Source of the DNA: the human T2T-CHM13v2.0 reference genome, Homo sapiens
Assembly (NCBI RefSeq): GCF_009914755.1
Contig: NC_060927.1
Strand: one strand, 5' to 3'
DNA length: 64,000 nt
Shown: positions 14,911 to 27,377 of the stretch, one piece after another
Position numbering within the stretch: the first letter of the stretch is position 1
Layout of the letters: every line of letters starts with the position of its first letter
The notes under the pieces: generated by a model
Databases searched by the model: none
What the model saw: only the letters and a program-made list of their open reading frames with translations
What the model was told of the DNA's origin: nothing
Made by a program: the position numbers and the translations under genes

Positions 14911-17429
14911 TTCCTATGATGATGGCAGAGTGAGAGCAAGCCCAGTAGCCCACAACCACCATGTTTGCATCATGCCTCCTAAAACTCTATTGACACAATA
15001 AATCACACAGCAGAGCCTCAAGTCAGAGGGTGGGAGTGAGTGCTACAGAGTTACACAGCAAAGGGCATAGAAACAGGGTAGGGTGATGAACCTAGGCCAT
15101 TTTTGCAATCAACCAGAGCTATAAAGATGACTATGGAATCTCTCATTCTGTGCTAGGTGGTTTACATCAATTAGGCCAAATCCTGAAAATAGCCCTAAAA
15201 TGTGGTTATTTGTGTAACTAAAAGTTCTTGATTGCAAGTGACCAGAATCCTCACACAAACTAGTTGAAGCAGAAGTGAATTTATGGGTTACTTAATTGGG
15301 AGGTGAACCAGTTAAGGTTGCTTAGCATGTCTAAGTTATGGGATGGCTGAATCTAGGGGCTGACATGAAGTTTTTGATGCTCTCTCTCCATAGCATTCAG
15401 CTTTGATTTTGCCTGTATGTTGGATCTTTTCTGCAGATGACATGTTCTCTGAAGCCCTGAGAGTTGCTCTCAGCAATTCAAGGTTTACATAGTCCTCTCA
15501 GTTTGCAATCCCAGAGAAAGATGGGGCATCTTTCCCAATGGATTTGTTCACAAAGTCCATTGGTGGCTCTCCATGACCTGGAAATGGTTATAAGTTGATG
15601 TTTGTAAAGGAGTCCTAAAGCCAAGAGGTTGGAGAACTGCAGAACTAGATCATCACTAACATTCCTTCCAGTTCTAAAAATTCTAAAATTATTCTAGTAT
15701 CATTTGTTATCTCCTGGTTGAATTGTAGTAGATTTTATATTTGGAAATAGTAGAATCTGAATCATTACAGCATATTTTATTTATTATGTTGCATAAAATG
15801 CTCCCACACAAGGTGCTACGTACTCTTGGAAGCAGGCTGCAGGAGGAGATAACACAGCAGAGATTTCTTCTAACCTTAACATGTTCATAAAGAAGAAATA
15901 GCAAAACCAAAAAATTTATCTTCCGATAGAACTGTATTGCCAATAGGATTACATTTTGCGTAGAAATCCTTAATTCGCCAATTGATTTTTTATGTATCTC
16001 TCTAATTTATCTGTCCCAAAAGGAAATCTAGCTTAAGGAGGATAAATACACAGGTTCAATTTTTGGGCCAAATTCAGCCAACTGGAGCAGCTGCCAGAAT
16101 TGCCAGACTGTGAAGGATCTTGAGGACAGAGAGAAATGTGTGTTGATCAGAGACGTGTGCCATGCTTAATTTAGCTTGCCTTCGCCTTCAAGATCTAACT
16201 AAAAAAACAGACGTCTTTTATATGCCTATAAGAAACATCATTGGAAGGGGGTCTAAGGATTTTATGAGTCACGTAGAAGGAACTACACAAAAGATAATTT
16301 GACAGTTTAAGCAGAAATAAGCAGCACTTATTGAACTAACTTTTTAAAGTAAACCAAAAAGCCACAAATACCTTGTTCATCCATTCAATAGACATTTATT
16401 AGAAGCCTCCTTTAGTCAGGTACTATAGCCAGGTTCTTGGGAAACCAAGATTTCTAAAATTTGCTCCATTGTCCCCTGACACCATACAGCCTAAGCTCAA
16501 ACAGCCTAAAACGTTCTGGGTTTTTTTGTTTTTTTGTTTTTTTGTAAAAGAGACAACCCTGGTGTTACGTAAGGTTTTAAGGGCATGTTGTAGGTTATTG
16601 CTACTAAGCAATGAACCTGACCCAACAGAATCAATATTATAGAATTGTCTAACCCAAAAGCAACATTTTAACACCCACAGTAGCTTTCTGTTCCAAGACT
16701 CTGTGCATATTTTTGGCATAGGCTCTGAAGGAAATTGTGTGTATACTTTCAATTACCTTTATAGGTACAAATTATCATTTGCTGCTTTCTCTAATGAGAA
16801 TATGACTTATGTTTCCTTGCCTAAAATGAGACCCATTGTAGTCTATAGTAAACATGTGGCTGGATGGGTTAACATTAGCTCTTAAGCTCTGACAGCTTTT
16901 ATTCTTCTGTTTTGACATGTCTCACGCCTGCACGTTACAAACAGAAGGAATACCCGTGGTAGTCTTCACACCACTCATGCAGTATGTGATGGATGGTTTC
17001 TACACTGTAATTAATATGTTGGATCCTCACTCATTAATGTGGCAAAGAAAAAATAGTAACCCATATTTGACAGTTGCGATCTGACTAGCCAACCTAATTG
17101 TGCTGGAAGGGAATAACTGGTGACATTGTTCATGATGAAGTCTTTACTTCCCAAGTCATGGTTGTTATATGGCATGCATTATCTCACCTTGGAGTGGTCT
17201 TGCAGAACCTCATTGCAAAATCCTAAAAATGCACAATAAAAGATTTCCAGAATGTTCTCCATTGAGCCAGCTGTGTTTAACTTTGTAGCACTGCTCAGCT
17301 ATCACAGGGACAGGTATATAAGTAAGCAGCAGGAAAGATAACAATCCATTGGAATAACAAAGAACTTGACTCTTGAATTGTATTTTCTGCTAAAACTTCC
17401 CCAGTGGTCTTTGTGTCTGGGATGCTATG

Positions 17430-17640
17430 TGCTTAGAGGAAAGATCATGGGCTTTGCAATTAAGCAGATGTGGATTCAAATCCTGGTTCCTCATTTACTA
17501 TGTGCTCTCAGGCAGGATTATTAACCTGCATAAGCCTAGTCCCTCATCTATAAAATTGTGATACTGATGCTTACCTCTTAGTCATAAAGGTTTAATAAAA
17601 TACTAAATATTCTGTGCTTAGCATCAAGCTGGTGCTCATT
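17430..17640 (+). mobile_element. MIR
   Basis: GGATTCAAATCCTGG..CATTTACTA..CCTCATCTATAAAAT. Confidence 0.75.
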
Positions 17641-17761
17641 TGATGTTTTTTCCTTCCTCTTGGATCTAAACCATCTTGTAGAACTTCCATATTAAGGGAC
17701 ATTTTTATCAGTTCACTAACCTTTTATTGTTCTTTCAATATCTTAAATAACCAAAGGCTAG

Positions 17762-18116
<355 letters not shown>

Positions 18117-19177
18117 TATCATTTTTAACTCTGTTATGTTTAACATTATATCCATGATGATTGTTTTTCCTCTCTTTTGCCCCTCTGCTCTTTTAAATAG
18201 ACAAGCACTCAAGAAGTAGCTATTTATTTCTCACCTTTTCTGCCAGTGGGGTGACTTATTCTGTGCTCAATTGAGACAGAAAAGAACGAATATTTGTTCC
18301 TTCCTTCTACCCAGTTTATAAGACTCATCTGTCTTCTGGTCATTGACTCCAGCTGCTGCTATGAGCCATTGCTGGACAGAGTGGCAGAGGTTTTAGAACC
18401 CACAGAGGACATGAAGACCATTCATTTTTTTCTTCTAGTTCTTTCACATAGCCATGTCCAATTTTACTCTGGCAGAACGTGGTGTTGCTGGGATGGGCCA
18501 TGTGGTGTTTCTCTGACAGGGGTCCACCAACTGTCAGCTCTGGCTGGTGCTCATCTCTCAGAAAGGCCAAAAGAGTCATTTCGGGCAAAGGCACTGGGGA
18601 TGTCTATTCTTCATGGACATTGCGTGTCCAAGTTTCTCCTTAGCCTAAGCAACAGAAATTTCGTCCTCTGTTTTCCCCAAATAAGCTAAGCTCCAAAGTA
18701 TCTCAGACTCAAGAGAGATTACTGTGGCTGGATGTGACCAATGGCCACTCTGGGGAGGAGAGGGAGGGGAAAGAGGATGGCTTGTAAAATGTCTCAGCAG
18801 CCATTGGGAACATGAGGGTAGCTCAGATGCATTCAATAGCAATTCTTCTTGGTCTCCTTCAGTGAGTATGAGGTGGGGAGGGGGATTTTCCTGGTACTCC
18901 TGGCACATAGGAACATAACCTAAAACTCCTTAAATTGTCTAATCAGTTGGTCATGTTTCAGCAAAAAAAATTCTTAAGTTGTGCAATTAGTTGTTTATAT
19001 TTTGGCAAAAGGAATCCATGGGAAAAAAAGCTGTTCCCAGGGAATTTTATTTCTCTCCCCTTACTGAATTGGAAAGTAGGGTATTTAAAGTTTCTTTACA
19101 TTTTAATAAGCATAATTTTGTTTTTCAAGTGCTCATTGGGCTTCAGAAAATGTGTATTATTACTGCTATAGGCAAGC

Positions 19178-19350
19178 AGCCCTGTGTAGTAGAAAGAGTG
19201 AAGACTTTAAAGCCAGAAAGATTATGATTCAAATTGTGGTTCTTGGCCATTTACTTTGTTGCTTGTTGCCTTGGCAAATCCTTCCACCTCTCAGATCCTA
19301 TTTCTTAAGATTCTATTTCTTCATCTACAAAATGGGGACAACAGTACTCA
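19178..19350 (+). mobile_element. MIR
   Basis: GTGTAGTAGAAAGAG..ATTCAAAT..TTCTTCATCTACAAAATGGGGACAA. Confidence 0.7.
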
Positions 19351-19610
19351 AGTGATTTACATCATTTGCATATCTTATCCAGGGTCCTTTCCTTTGAGTA
19401 TCAACTCCACACACTTTTCATAAAACTTGGGAAGAGTTAACCCCATGATTGGTCAGAAGATTACCTGATCTTGACCAGAGTCCTCATCTTCCTGGCCACG
19501 GACATTAGTTCAGGAATAGACATATGATCTAGGCCAGGCCAATGAGAGTCTGTCAAGTGACTTTTCTGCAAAATGCATGGGGAAAATGCCTGCTGTTCTG
19601 ATATGGCAAG

Positions 19611-22008
19611 TAGGATGATGAACTCATTCACATCTGCCTGGGGTTTTCTTGGTTTTAGCATTGACTGTCCCCCCATCTCAGGAAACTTCTCAATCTTAGG
19701 ATGGTTGGTCACTGATATGGTTTGGCTGTGTCCCCACCCAAATCTCCTCTTCAATTTTAACTCCCACAATTCCCATGTGTCCTGGGAGGGATCCAATAAG
19801 AGGTCATTGAATCATGGGGGCAGATCGTTCTTGTGCTGTTCTTGAAATAATGAGTAAGTCTCACAAGATCTGATGGTTTTAAAAAGAGGAATTCCCCTGC
19901 ACAAGCTCTCTCTCTCTTTTCCTGCCACCACCCATGTAAAACATGACTTGCTCCTCCTTGCCATCTGCCATGATTGTGGGGCTCCCAGCCATGTGGAAGT
20001 GTAAGTCCATTAAACCTCTTTTTCTTCCCAGTCTTGGGTATGTCTTTATCAGCAGTGTGAAAACAGACTAATACAGTAAATTGGGACTAGTAGAGTGGGG
20101 CGCTGCTGAAAAGATATCCAAAAATGTGGAAGCGACTTTGGAAATGGGTAACAGGCAGAGGTTGGAACAGTTTGGAGAGCTCAAAAGACAGGAAAATGCG
20201 GGAAAGTTTGGAACGCCCTAGAGACTTGTTGAATGACTTTGACCAAAATGCTGATAATGATATGGACAATGAAATCCAGGCTGAGGTGGTCTCAAATGGA
20301 CACGAGGAACTTGTTGGGAACTGGAGCAAAGGAGACTCATGTTTTAGCAAAGAGACTGGCAGCATTTTGCCCCTGCCCTAGAGAGTTGTGGAATTTGAAC
20401 TTGAGAGAGTTGATTTAGGGTATCTGGCAGAAGAAATTCGTAAGCAGCAAAGCATTCAAGAGGTGACTTTGGTGCTGTTAAAGGCATTCAGTTTTAAAAG
20501 GGAAACAGAGGATAAAAGTTCAGAATATTTGCAGCCTGACAACATGATAGAAAAGAAAATTCCTTTTTCTGAGGAGAAATTCAAGCTGTCTGCAGAAATT
20601 GGCATAAGTAACAAGGAGCCAATGTTAATCCCCAAGACAATGGGGAAAATGTCTCCAGGGCATGTCAGAGGTCTTCACAGCAGCCCCTCCCATCACAGGC
20701 CTGGAGGTCTAGGAACAAAAAGTTATTGTGTTGGCTGTGCTGTGTGCAGCCAAGGGACTTGGTCCCTGTGCTGTGTGCAGCCAAGGGACTTGGTGCTCTG
20801 CATCCCAGCCACTCCAGCTGAAAGGGACCAATGTAGAGCTTGGGCCATGGCTTCAGAGGGTGGAAGCCCTAAGCTTTGACAGCTTCCACATGGTATTGAG
20901 CATGTGAGTGCACAGAAGTCAAGAACTAGGGTTTGGGAACCTCCACCTAGATTTCAGAAGATGCATGGAAATGCCAGGATGCCCAGGCAGATGTTTGCTG
21001 CAGGGGCAGGGCCCTCATGGATAATATCTGCTAGGGCAGTGTGGAAGGGAAATGTGGAGTTGGAGCCCCCACACAGAGTCCCCACTGGGGCACTGCCTAG
21101 TGGAGCTGTTAGAAGAGGATCACTGTACTCCAGACCGCAGAATGGTAGATCCACTGACACCTCGCACTGTGTGCTTGGAAAAGCCTCAGACATTCAATGC
21201 CAGCCTTTGAAGGCAGCTGAAAGGGAGGCTGTACCCTGCAAAGCCACAAGGGTGGAGTTGCCCAAGACCATAGGAAGCCACCTCTTGCATCAGCATGACC
21301 TGGATTTGAGACATGGAGTCAAAGTAGATCATTTTGAAGCTTTAAAATTTGACTGCCCCACTGGATTTTGGATTTGCATGGGCCCTGTAGCCCCTTTGTT
21401 TTGGCCAATTGTTCCCATTTGGAATGGCTGTATTTACCCAATGCCTGTACTCCCATTGTATCTAGGAAGTAACTAACTTGTTTTTTATTTTAGAGATTCA
21501 TAGGTGGAAGGGACTTGCCTTGTCTCAGCTGAGACTTTGGACTGTGGACTTTTGAGTTAATGCTGAAATGAGTTAAGACTTTGGGGAACTGTTGGGCAGT
21601 CATGACTGGTTTTGAAATGTGAGCACATGAGATTTGGGAGGGGCCAGGAATGGAATGATACAGTTTGGCTGTGTCCCCACCCAAATCTCATCTTGAATTG
21701 TAACTCCCACAATTCCTATGTGTCCTGGGAGGGAACCAGTGGGAGGTAATTGAATCATGCGGACGGGTCTTTCTCACGCTGTTCTTGCAATAGTGAATAA
21801 GTCTCATGAGATCTGATGGTTCTAAAAAGAGAAGTTTCCCTGCACAAGTTCTTTGCCCACCACCATCCATGTAAGACATGATTTTCTCCTCCTTGCCTTC
21901 TGCCAAGATTGTGAGGCCTCCCCACAATCCATTAAGCCTCTTTTTTTTTTCCCCAGTCTTGGGTATGTCTTTATCAGCAGTGTGAAAACAGACTAATACA
22001 GTCACCTT
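19611..22008. mobile_element. MER81 (hAT-Blackjack), interrupted at its terminal repeat by THE1B
   Basis: GGTTTTAGCATTGACTGTCC..GGAAAC..GGATGGTTGGTCAC|CTT; body 19611-19712. Confidence 0.7.
19713..22000 (+). mobile_element. Complete THE1B MaLR provirus: 5' LTR 19713-20075, internal 20076-21655, 3' LTR 21656-22000
   Basis: Both LTRs run TGATA..GTTTGGCTGTGTCCCCACCC...GACTAATACA; perfect 5-bp TSD GTCAC at 19708-19712 and 22001-22005. Confidence 0.95.
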
Positions 22009-22365
22009 CATTTCAAGCTGTGGGGATAATTTAAACCTGGAGTTGCTTTTAGGGGCTTTGTGGAAAATGTTGTCTCCAGAATGGATCTGTCACACAGGGG
22101 AAGCAAAATTGAGACATGGAGAGACATAGAACATCAAAGATCCCATCTGGGTTCGTATATCCAGCCATGCTGTAGCTCAGACATGTTAAGTAACCTTTAC
22201 TGGTTTACTTTCCAGTTAAATAGACTTTTGCTTGACATTGTTTGTATGGGCACTCTGTCACTTGCAGTCAAGAATCCTTATTATCACAGTATTGGGTTAT
22301 TGTCAAGATTTAACCTGCTTTATGCAAAGCATCTAGCAGAAGCTCCAAGATCATCATCATAGCTC

Positions 22366-22634
22366 TGGTTAATGGCAAAGGTGGTCTCAAATTGTCATGC
22401 CTCATGCCTCCCTGTATCCATGCCCTGTACTGCATGGATACATTGTAGTGATTTTCTACTCTGACTTGTTTCTTTTGTGTAATGGGATATTAGCAAACAT
22501 GATGCTTGGGAGACTGAACCTGCTCCGACTCACTCCATCTTCCATCACCGTGAGAAGGATGTGCCTAGGCTAGTCTGTTGGCTACTGAAACCCACAGAGC
22601 AGGGCCGATCAGCCAACAGTAAGCAGAATGCCAC
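22366..22634 (+). mobile_element. MLT1 LTR fragment
   Basis: AATGGGATATTAGCAAACATGATGC; CATCACCGTGAGAAGGATGTGCCTAGGCTAGTCTG. Confidence 0.55.
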
Positions 22635-22865
22635 TGTCAAAAGACAAAATGACAACAAATTTAGTTATAGATCTAGTTGGCTTTTATTTGAGATTCATGA
22701 ATCCAGATGGCAGAAGGAGAGCTCTCAATGGGCTGTGGCAGAACAATGGTTTTTGTAAGGTGGGGACAAGGAAACAAAACAATAGAAAGAAACCTGATTG
22801 AGTGACATCAGGTTACTCGAGGTTATTTTTTGTTAAGGGTTAAAGCAGAGGGGGATTCCTTAGTT
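22635..22865 (-). mobile_element. MER67-like ERV1 LTR fragment
   Basis: TGTCAAAAGACAAAATGACAACAAATTTAGTT..GATCT..TTGGCTTTTATTTG. Confidence 0.6.
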
Positions 22866-25134
22866 ACAACGTAAAATGTATTCCTCACTGTGAATCATGG
22901 TGAACAAGCTGTAAAGCCACTACAAAAAATTAGCTATTCCTGCTGTTATATCTAAATGCTTTTAATTAGCTAAATTTTGTCTATGGCAAATTAATTTCTC
23001 TCCCATTCCTCACCTACTCACCACTAGTTCTTCCTCCAGTAATTAAAGAATGATTTCCTGATCTCACTACAACAGAGATGGTGATGTTCTCACTGTCTTG
23101 TTGGAGTTATCATATTTCAGATATATACGGTCAATGGAACCTGCCTTTTCTCCTTTGAAGAGACAGGAAATCTTGTCTTTTTTTGATCCCAGGAGATTCC
23201 TTTGCACTGAATGAATATTCTCCAATACACCCAGTCAGATCCACAAACATAAGCCAGGCAGGGTAACTCCACCCCACAAAGACCAGATATGAGCTGGGGA
23301 TTTGGACTTTTAAATTGAATTGAAGTTTTTTGGTTGTATTTACCCTCGAGAGGACTCTGGTGGCTTAAACATGATAATCAGTCAGGAATCTCTGTAACTA
23401 AAATTTATATAAAGTTGTCCACACACTGAGGGGGTCATTAAAATCAGTGTTGTGATTGATAGAAATGAAGAGCCATTTCTGCACTTGATTTTGTCCGTTT
23501 ACTCTCTGTTAAATAGTGCCAACCAAGCAGAAAGGATAGGAAAAGATGTGAAAGGTAGAAGAATTATAACATAAATAATTGTCTACAATCTTGGTGTCTG
23601 CTATTCCCTGGACCCTATAGCCAGCACTTTTTGTTTTGTTGATACTGAATCTTCTTGTGTAGCTGGGCCTATTTGATAACTATATTTTTAAGTTCCATTT
23701 AGACCAGTATAATGCATATATGATAGAAAATGTAGAATATTGTCAGGATGATGTCTGCGTATGGCATCTTCATGTGGAAAGCAATCAGGAAGCTAAATTA
23801 AAGGAAATTGCCCTTCCTCCTATGAGAAAGTGTTTTGACATTTACACTGACAGTTACATAATGAAACCCTGGTGTTTTGGTGATGATCCAGGCGGTACCC
23901 AGCTCTGCAGGCACTTCAGTTGTGATTACCTAAGAGGATTATTCCTCCTGCTCTCCTCTGTGTGGTGATGAGATTGTCTTCCATTCCAGTGCACATCTTC
24001 TATTGGTTTCTCAACTTTCACAAGAGGATGCTGAAAGGACTCTACCCCCAGTTGGGTTTCCCCTGAGTCCTTTGACTCTGAATCCACCCAGAAGTGGAAC
24101 AGTTGCTTTCTAATCCAGCAGTTAGAATCTCATTTAGTATTGTCTTTCTGCTTTCTAAAAAGTGGAATTGTGTTTCGTGCAGGGGTTAAGAAAAGTTATG
24201 TAAAGTCAAAATCCCCTTGAAAAATCCCTGAAGTTGATCATAAAATACATTGTCTTTATATCCATTATTAAGGCCAACAGTTTTTCTTCCAGCCCTGAAA
24301 CAGATGGCTGGTTCTGTGGTTGACACCAGATGAAGTAGTTGGCTTGCATTGAAGGGCCATGTTGTTTGAGAAATACATCATTTTATACAACCGAATCACA
24401 CCTCGGGACAACAAGATTCTCACTCTCTGAGGGGAACGAGGGAAATGAAAGCAACCGAAGGACACAGCTTTATGTCCACCTACCTCAGGCTTATTATTGT
24501 GACTTGCATATCCATTTAGTGAATTGCTCACTGCTTTAACATTGTTTACTTTCTCATCTTTCTCTGGTCCAGTGGAGCCACAAGACTCCACTGGCATAGA
24601 AATTTTGGCAGCCTACTTAAAGGGAATTAGAAAACTCAAAACAGCACGAAACAAGTCACAGACAGTTACAACACTGTCACCTCTACAGCACAACCTCATC
24701 TTACAGTGTCTAAACAAGTCTCCAGTTAGCACCCTTCTTACTTTATCATCCCTCTGTCATATTGCAGTTCGGATGGGACTATCATCAGCCCTAACCGTGC
24801 TCTCTTATATGCTCAAGAAACAAATTTCTCACTTAGTTTTTATCCAGCCCAGCCTTCATTTACCAGTGGTACTGGTAAATAGGCCCTTTGAGGAAAACAT
24901 AAAACACTTATTTGTAGAGTTTGCTGATTCGCACAGTGTAAATTCTTTCAAGGCTGATTTTATGCTGCCAATATGAAGCTACAGAACATGAACTTAGAAA
25001 CAGCAGAATCCACTCTCGAGCTGGCTCCTTTCATCTGGTCTTGCAGTAAATAGGACTTGCCTCTACAGAGTGCCCTATGATCCATTAGGCTCAGTATTCA
25101 ATTGCTATAACTGCATATAATATACATTCTAGAT

Positions 25135-25363
25135 CAAGCTTGTCCAACCTGCGGCGCATGGGCTACATGCAGCCCAGGACAGCTTTGAATGTGTCCCAAC
25201 ACAAATTTGTAAACTTTCTTAAAACATTATGAGATTTTTTTGTGGTTCGTTTTTTTTTTTAGCTCATCAGCTATTGTTAGCGTTAGTGTATTTTATGTGT
25301 GGCCCAAGACAATTCTGCTCCTTCCAATGTGGCCCAGGGAAGCCAAAAGATTGGACATTCCTG
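25135..25363 (-). mobile_element. MER30 (hAT-Charlie MITE)
   Basis: CAAGCTTGTCCAACC...GAAGCCAAAAGATTGGACATTCCTG; TSD-like TTCTAGAT/TTCTAGTA. Confidence 0.9.
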
Positions 25364-26003
25364 TTCTAGTACTGGAGACAATTTCACCGCACATCTATGA
25401 AAGTTTTTTTCGGCACATGCGTGTGGTGTGATACACTGGCTGAGAGTCATGGCCCTAGGCAGTTGCCAGGGAATATAACCAATTGCTCTTCCAAATATTC
25501 TAAAATCTTCTTTGGATCAAGCCTTAATGGCAGACACCAGGTTACCTGCTGTTGCTAATAGTCTTACTCCATGAGGCCAACAGTTTATACGGTGGGAAAG
25601 CTCTCCAAAACAGTCTGATGAAACATGACTGCATGAATTGTATGAATGCTGTTGAGGTGGTTGTTCCTGGAATGAGGAAGTATCTACTCTCCTCATGAAG
25701 ATCAGGCAAGGAGATTTTCATCTGTTCTCAATATCCGGAATGGTTATGCTACTGAGAATTTCTTTTTTAAATGCTATTAATCCTGATTTTTTTAATTGAT
25801 CAGGTTCTGTTTTTTTTCAATGGCAGCCAGGAAATAAGGCCTCAAATTTTTAGTCTACTCTTAATAAATGTGTCAGGTCATTATGGCATCCTTTCTTAAC
25901 TTCACTGTTACTTCTTATTTCAGGCATTCATTCATTCAATAAAGATTTGAGTATGTATGTGTCAGATTCCACCCTACAGACTTGAGATGCTCTTTAAAAT
26001 GCT

Positions 26004-26157
26004 AGACGACGAGTTAGTGGGTGCAGCGCACCAGCATGGCACAGGTATACATAAGTAACTAACCTGCACAATGTGCACATGTACCCTAAAACTTAAAGTA
26101 TAATAAAAAAAAAAAGAAATCAGTTAGAAGCTGAAAAAAAATAAAAAATAAAAAAAT
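26004..26157 (+). mobile_element. Severely 5'-truncated young L1 (L1PA2-like) with an 18-nt 3' transduction
   Basis: GACGAGTTAGTGGGTGCAGCGCACCAGCATGGCAC...CACAATGTGCACATGTACCCTAAAACTTAAAGTATAATAAAA; GAG (not ACA) and AAAG (not AGAG) mark it as non-Ta; TSD AAAATGCT. Confidence 0.9.
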
Positions 26158-26579
26158 AAAATGCTTCCTATCCCCTGATAATTTTGGACTAGTAAAATGA
26201 AGCATTGAATAAGTGATCATGCAAATAAACGTATAATTCTGAATGATGCTAAGTACTCTAAAGAAAAAACTCAGCATGTTAACTTAAATAGGGTTGTCAC
26301 TTTATGCCACTGTCCTTATTTCTCTTCTTTCATCTGCATTTTATACTGTCCCATCATGTGTGTTTTATGTACACTTGTAAATGAATAGTTTTAAGGGTTT
26401 TTTCCCTGAAAAAATGAATTAATGACCACATAACCAAAGATACGTTTTTCCATTAAGGCTATAGCAGTAGTTTTCATTTAAGGACAAAACGGTATCTTGG
26501 AAATTTGACATACATTATAGATTACAATAAAAATAAGTAATAATAACTAGTAGTCACCACACTTACCATGTACTTATTT

Positions 26580-27330
26580 TTGCTTTTTGATTTTATTGTT
26601 ATTTTTAATCGACACATACTAATGGTACATCAGTGTGATATTTTGATACATGTATACAATGTGTGATGATTAAAATAGGGTAATGAGCATACTCATCACC
26701 TCAAACTTTATTATTTCTTTATGTTGAGAATATTCAAAATCTGCTCTTCTAGATATTTGAAAATATACAACAAATTGTTGTTAATGATATAATTATCATT
26801 CTCCAGTGCTATAAACACTAGAACTGATTCCTCCTATTTAGCTATATTTTTGTATCTGTTAACCAAAATTTGGCTACCCCTTCCATCTTTAGTAATCACT
26901 AGTCCACTCTCTACTTCTGAGATCAACTTTTTAGCTTTCACATATGGATGAAAACATGTAGTATTGATCTTTCTGTGTCTGGTTTATTTCACTTAACATA
27001 ATGTCTTTCAAGCTCATGTTGCTGTGAATTACAGAATTTCATTCATTTTTATGGCTAAATAGTATTCAATTGTGTATATACCACATTTTCATTATTCATT
27101 CATTTGTTAATGAATGAATCAACTTAAGTTAATTCTATATCTTGGCTATTGTGAATAGTGCTACAATAAACATGGGACTGCAGCTATCTCTTTAACATAC
27201 TTATTTCATTTCCTTTAGATATATACATAGTAGTGGAATTGCTGGATCATATGGTAGTTCTGTTTTTAGATTTTTGAAGAACCTCCATACTGTTTTCCAT
27301 AGTAGTTGTACTAATTTACATTCCTACCAA
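26580..27330 (-). mobile_element. L1MA (approx. MA8-10) 3' end
   Basis: Antisense L1 3' UTR: ATCACCTCAAAC..TTTCTTTATGTTGAGAA..GCTGGATCATATGGTAGTTCT. Confidence 0.85.
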
Positions 27331-27377
27331 GAGCCACGTACTAGACCTTGTTTTAAACATGTCACAGGTGTTAGTAG

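Larger units (their letters stand above)
19352..22288 (+). mobile_element. Old MLT1 LTR, outer host (pieces ~19352-19610 and ~22010-22288)
   Basis: GGCCAGGCCAATGAGAGTC; 3' end TCTGTCACTTGCAGTCAAGAATCCTTATTATCACA. Confidence 0.6.

Noticed and set aside
18294-18918. 131-aa and 64-aa ORFs with scattered motifs resembling bornavirus nucleoprotein (ICLLV, KTIHFF, CC, AGA, HG, FVL)
   Set aside because: Blocks are very short, need many gaps, and duplicate N regions also 'matched' near 22.3-23 kb, which is the pattern expected from chance matching. No poly(A) or TSD seen.
20124-21476. ORFs of 85-190 aa
   Set aside because: They lie in the THE1B internal region and are remnants of the known MaLR open frame, not a host gene.
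23891-23990. GGTQLCRHFSCDYLRGL resembling a mononegaviral L capping-domain HR motif
   Set aside because: The catalytic His is absent, no other L motif lies nearby, and the same peptide aligns equally well to other proteins.
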